Origin: an uncultured Pseudomonadales bacterium
Lineage (GTDB): Bacteria > Pseudomonadota > Gammaproteobacteria > Pseudomonadales > UBA7434
Assembly (NCBI GenBank): GCA_964504585.1
Contig: CAZDEW010000005.1
Span: 5,082 to 69,081 of the forward strand
DNA length: 64,000 nucleotides
Reading direction: 5' to 3'
The first letter of the stretch is position 1. Each line of letters begins with the position of its first letter. Under the pieces are notes generated by a model. That model ran no database searches. It was given only the letters and a program-made list of their open reading frames with translations, and was not told the origin of the DNA. This document shows, in pieces, positions 63,097-64,000 of the stretch. The position numbers and the translations under genes were made by a program.

Positions 63097-64000
63097 ATGA
63101 AACAACTTTTGCAACACCTCGGCACCGGGGAAACGATTTTAGAAGATGTTCCTGTGCCTAAATGCTCTTCGGGATCACTGTTGATCCAGACCAGGCAAAC
63201 CCTGGTGTCCGTTGGCACCGAGAGGATGCTGGTTGGTTTCGGCAAGAGTAATTTGATTTCCAAGGCCCGGCAGCAGCCGGAGCGAGTAAAGCAGGTTTTG
63301 GAAAAGGCTAAAACTGACGGTGTTGTACAGACGCTGGAAACAGTCCGCAATAAACTGGATACGCCGCTTGCACTGGGATATTGCAACGTCGGTATTGTCG
63401 AGGAGTCGGGCGCCGATGGCTTCGTGGCAGGCGACCGGGTTGTGTCTAATGGCAAGCACGCCGAGTTTGTCTGTGTGCCGAAAAACCTCTGCGCGAAAAT
63501 TCCTGATGCGGTTGATGACGAGTCTGCCTCGTTCACGGTTGTTGCTTCGATTGGTCTGCAGGGCATTCGTCTTTTAAAGCCAACGCTCGGAGAAGTTGTC
63601 GTCGTAACCGGGTTGGGCTTAATTGGCCTAATAGCCGTTCAACTTTTGCGGGCACACGGCTGCCGGGTGCTGGGTATTGATCTTGATTCCGAGAAGTGCG
63701 CATTGGCGCGGCAGTTTGGCGCCGAGACTGTCGATATTAGCAGCGGCCAGGATCCGCTGAGCGTAGCAGAGAGTTTCTCCAGAGGGCGGGGCGTGGATGC
63801 CGTGCTGATTACCGCATCATCCAAAAGCAATGAGCCGATCCATCAGGCGGCGACCATGTGTCGCAAGCGCGGCCGGATTGTTCTGGTCGGCGATGTCGGG
63901 ATGCAGATGTCCAGAGCCGACTTCTATGAGAAGGAGCTATCCTTTCAGGTGTCCTGCTCATACGGTGCCGGTCGCTATGATGAGAGCTACGAAGAGAAAG
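63097..64000 (+). CDS. Zinc-type alcohol dehydrogenase/MDR-family oxidoreductase (3' end outside window)
   Basis: This ORF is absent from the ORF track because no stop falls within the window. From the ATG at 63097 the frame reads MKQLLQHLGTGETILEDVPVPKC...GYCNVGIVEESG...VVVVTGLGLIGLIAVQLLRAHGCRVLGIDLD, which is the GroES-like domain plus the GxGxxG Rossmann domain of MDR dehydrogenases. Such genes are common as the N-terminal part of bi-domain oxidoreductases in EPS loci. Confidence 0.85.
   Translation, partial: MKQLLQHLGTGETILEDVPVPKCSSGSLLIQTRQTLVSVGTERMLVGFGKSNLISKARQQPERVKQVLEKAKTDGVVQTLETVRNKLDTPLALGYCNVGIVEESGADGFVAGDRVVSNGKHAEFVCVPKNLCAKIPDAVDDESASFTVVASIGLQGIRLLKPTLGEVVVVTGLGLIGLIAVQLLRAHGCRVLGIDLDSEKCALARQFGAETVDISSGQDPLSVAESFSRGRGVDAVLITASSKSNEPIHQAATMCRKRGRIVLVGDVGMQMSRADFYEKELSFQVSCSYGAGRYDESYEEK

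Noticed and set aside
63033-63566. A 177-aa minus-strand ORF at the right end of the window.
   Set aside because: It is antisense to the MDR-type dehydrogenase frame starting at 63097. That frame has a clear GroES-like domain and GxGxxG Rossmann motifs, and it is missing from the ORF track only because it runs off the window.
1-64000. I looked for CRISPR arrays, rRNA and tRNA genes, transposases, integrases, phage genes, and toxin-antitoxin or restriction-type defence cassettes.
   Set aside because: I found no regularly spaced direct repeats with unique spacers and no rRNA- or tRNA-like sequence. No ORF has DDE/tyrosine-recombinase, nuclease-helicase or methyltransferase motifs typical of mobile elements or defence systems. 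The accessory content here is polysaccharide biosynthesis.

Overview
This 64-kb window is from a gammaproteobacterial chromosome. Gene order resembles Pseudomonas/Cellvibrionales-type marine gammaproteobacteria, and GC is roughly 50-55% judged by eye. All protein calls rest on motif and synteny recognition from the supplied translations; no database search was possible.

The left half (1-31.8 kb) is core housekeeping:
- the nusA(3' end)-infB-rbfA-truB-rpsO-pnp operon
- an orphan ParA-like ATPase
- a minus-strand block panC-panB-deoxynucleoside kinase-folK-pcnB
- a sigma-54 activator, gluQ and dksA, matching the Pseudomonas dksA-gluQ-(cbrA)-cbrB-crcZ-pcnB-folK-panBC arrangement but without cbrA
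- a 1112-aa lipoprotein, a Rieske protein, an M15 peptidase and cysE
- a histone-H1-tailed DNA-binding protein, ppa, a PPi-type phosphofructokinase and mpl
- an RND/MMPL exporter, a YkgJ-type Cys-cluster protein and a DEDDh exonuclease

The right half (32.4-64 kb) is one large exopolysaccharide locus:
- a PEP-CTERM/XrtA-style export module (Wza-like exporter, beta-barrel OMP, chain-length determinant, BY-kinase-like protein, ExeA-like ATPase)
- ugd, a UDP-glucuronate epimerase and wecC
- a flippase, a pyruvyl transferase and a KpsC/S-like protein
- a nonulosonic-acid cassette: cytidylyltransferase, PseB-like dehydratase, SDR reductase, NeuB-like synthase, NTF2-like protein, PseG-like hydrolase
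- several glycosyltransferases, an O-acetyltransferase, a Wzy-like polymerase and a sulfotransferase
- an orphan 838-aa secreted protein on the opposite strand

I saw no rRNA, tRNA, CRISPR array, transposase or integrase.

The observations most worth a second look:
1. Between the sigma-54 activator and pcnB there is a well-spaced -24/-12 promoter. Three TGTTAC hexamers lie upstream of it. Downstream is a ~115-nt A-rich RNA with a terminator hairpin, which looks like a CrcZ-like catabolite-control sRNA.
2. The nonulosonic-acid cassette lacks the aminotransferase and N-acetyltransferase steps and carries a reductase instead. This predicts a 7-hydroxy (mono-amino) nonulosonic acid.
3. The BY-kinase-like protein has lost its P-loop lysine.
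4. The gene set predicts a polyanionic, pyruvylated and sulfated EPS.
5. There are two unexplained tandem-repeat arrays.
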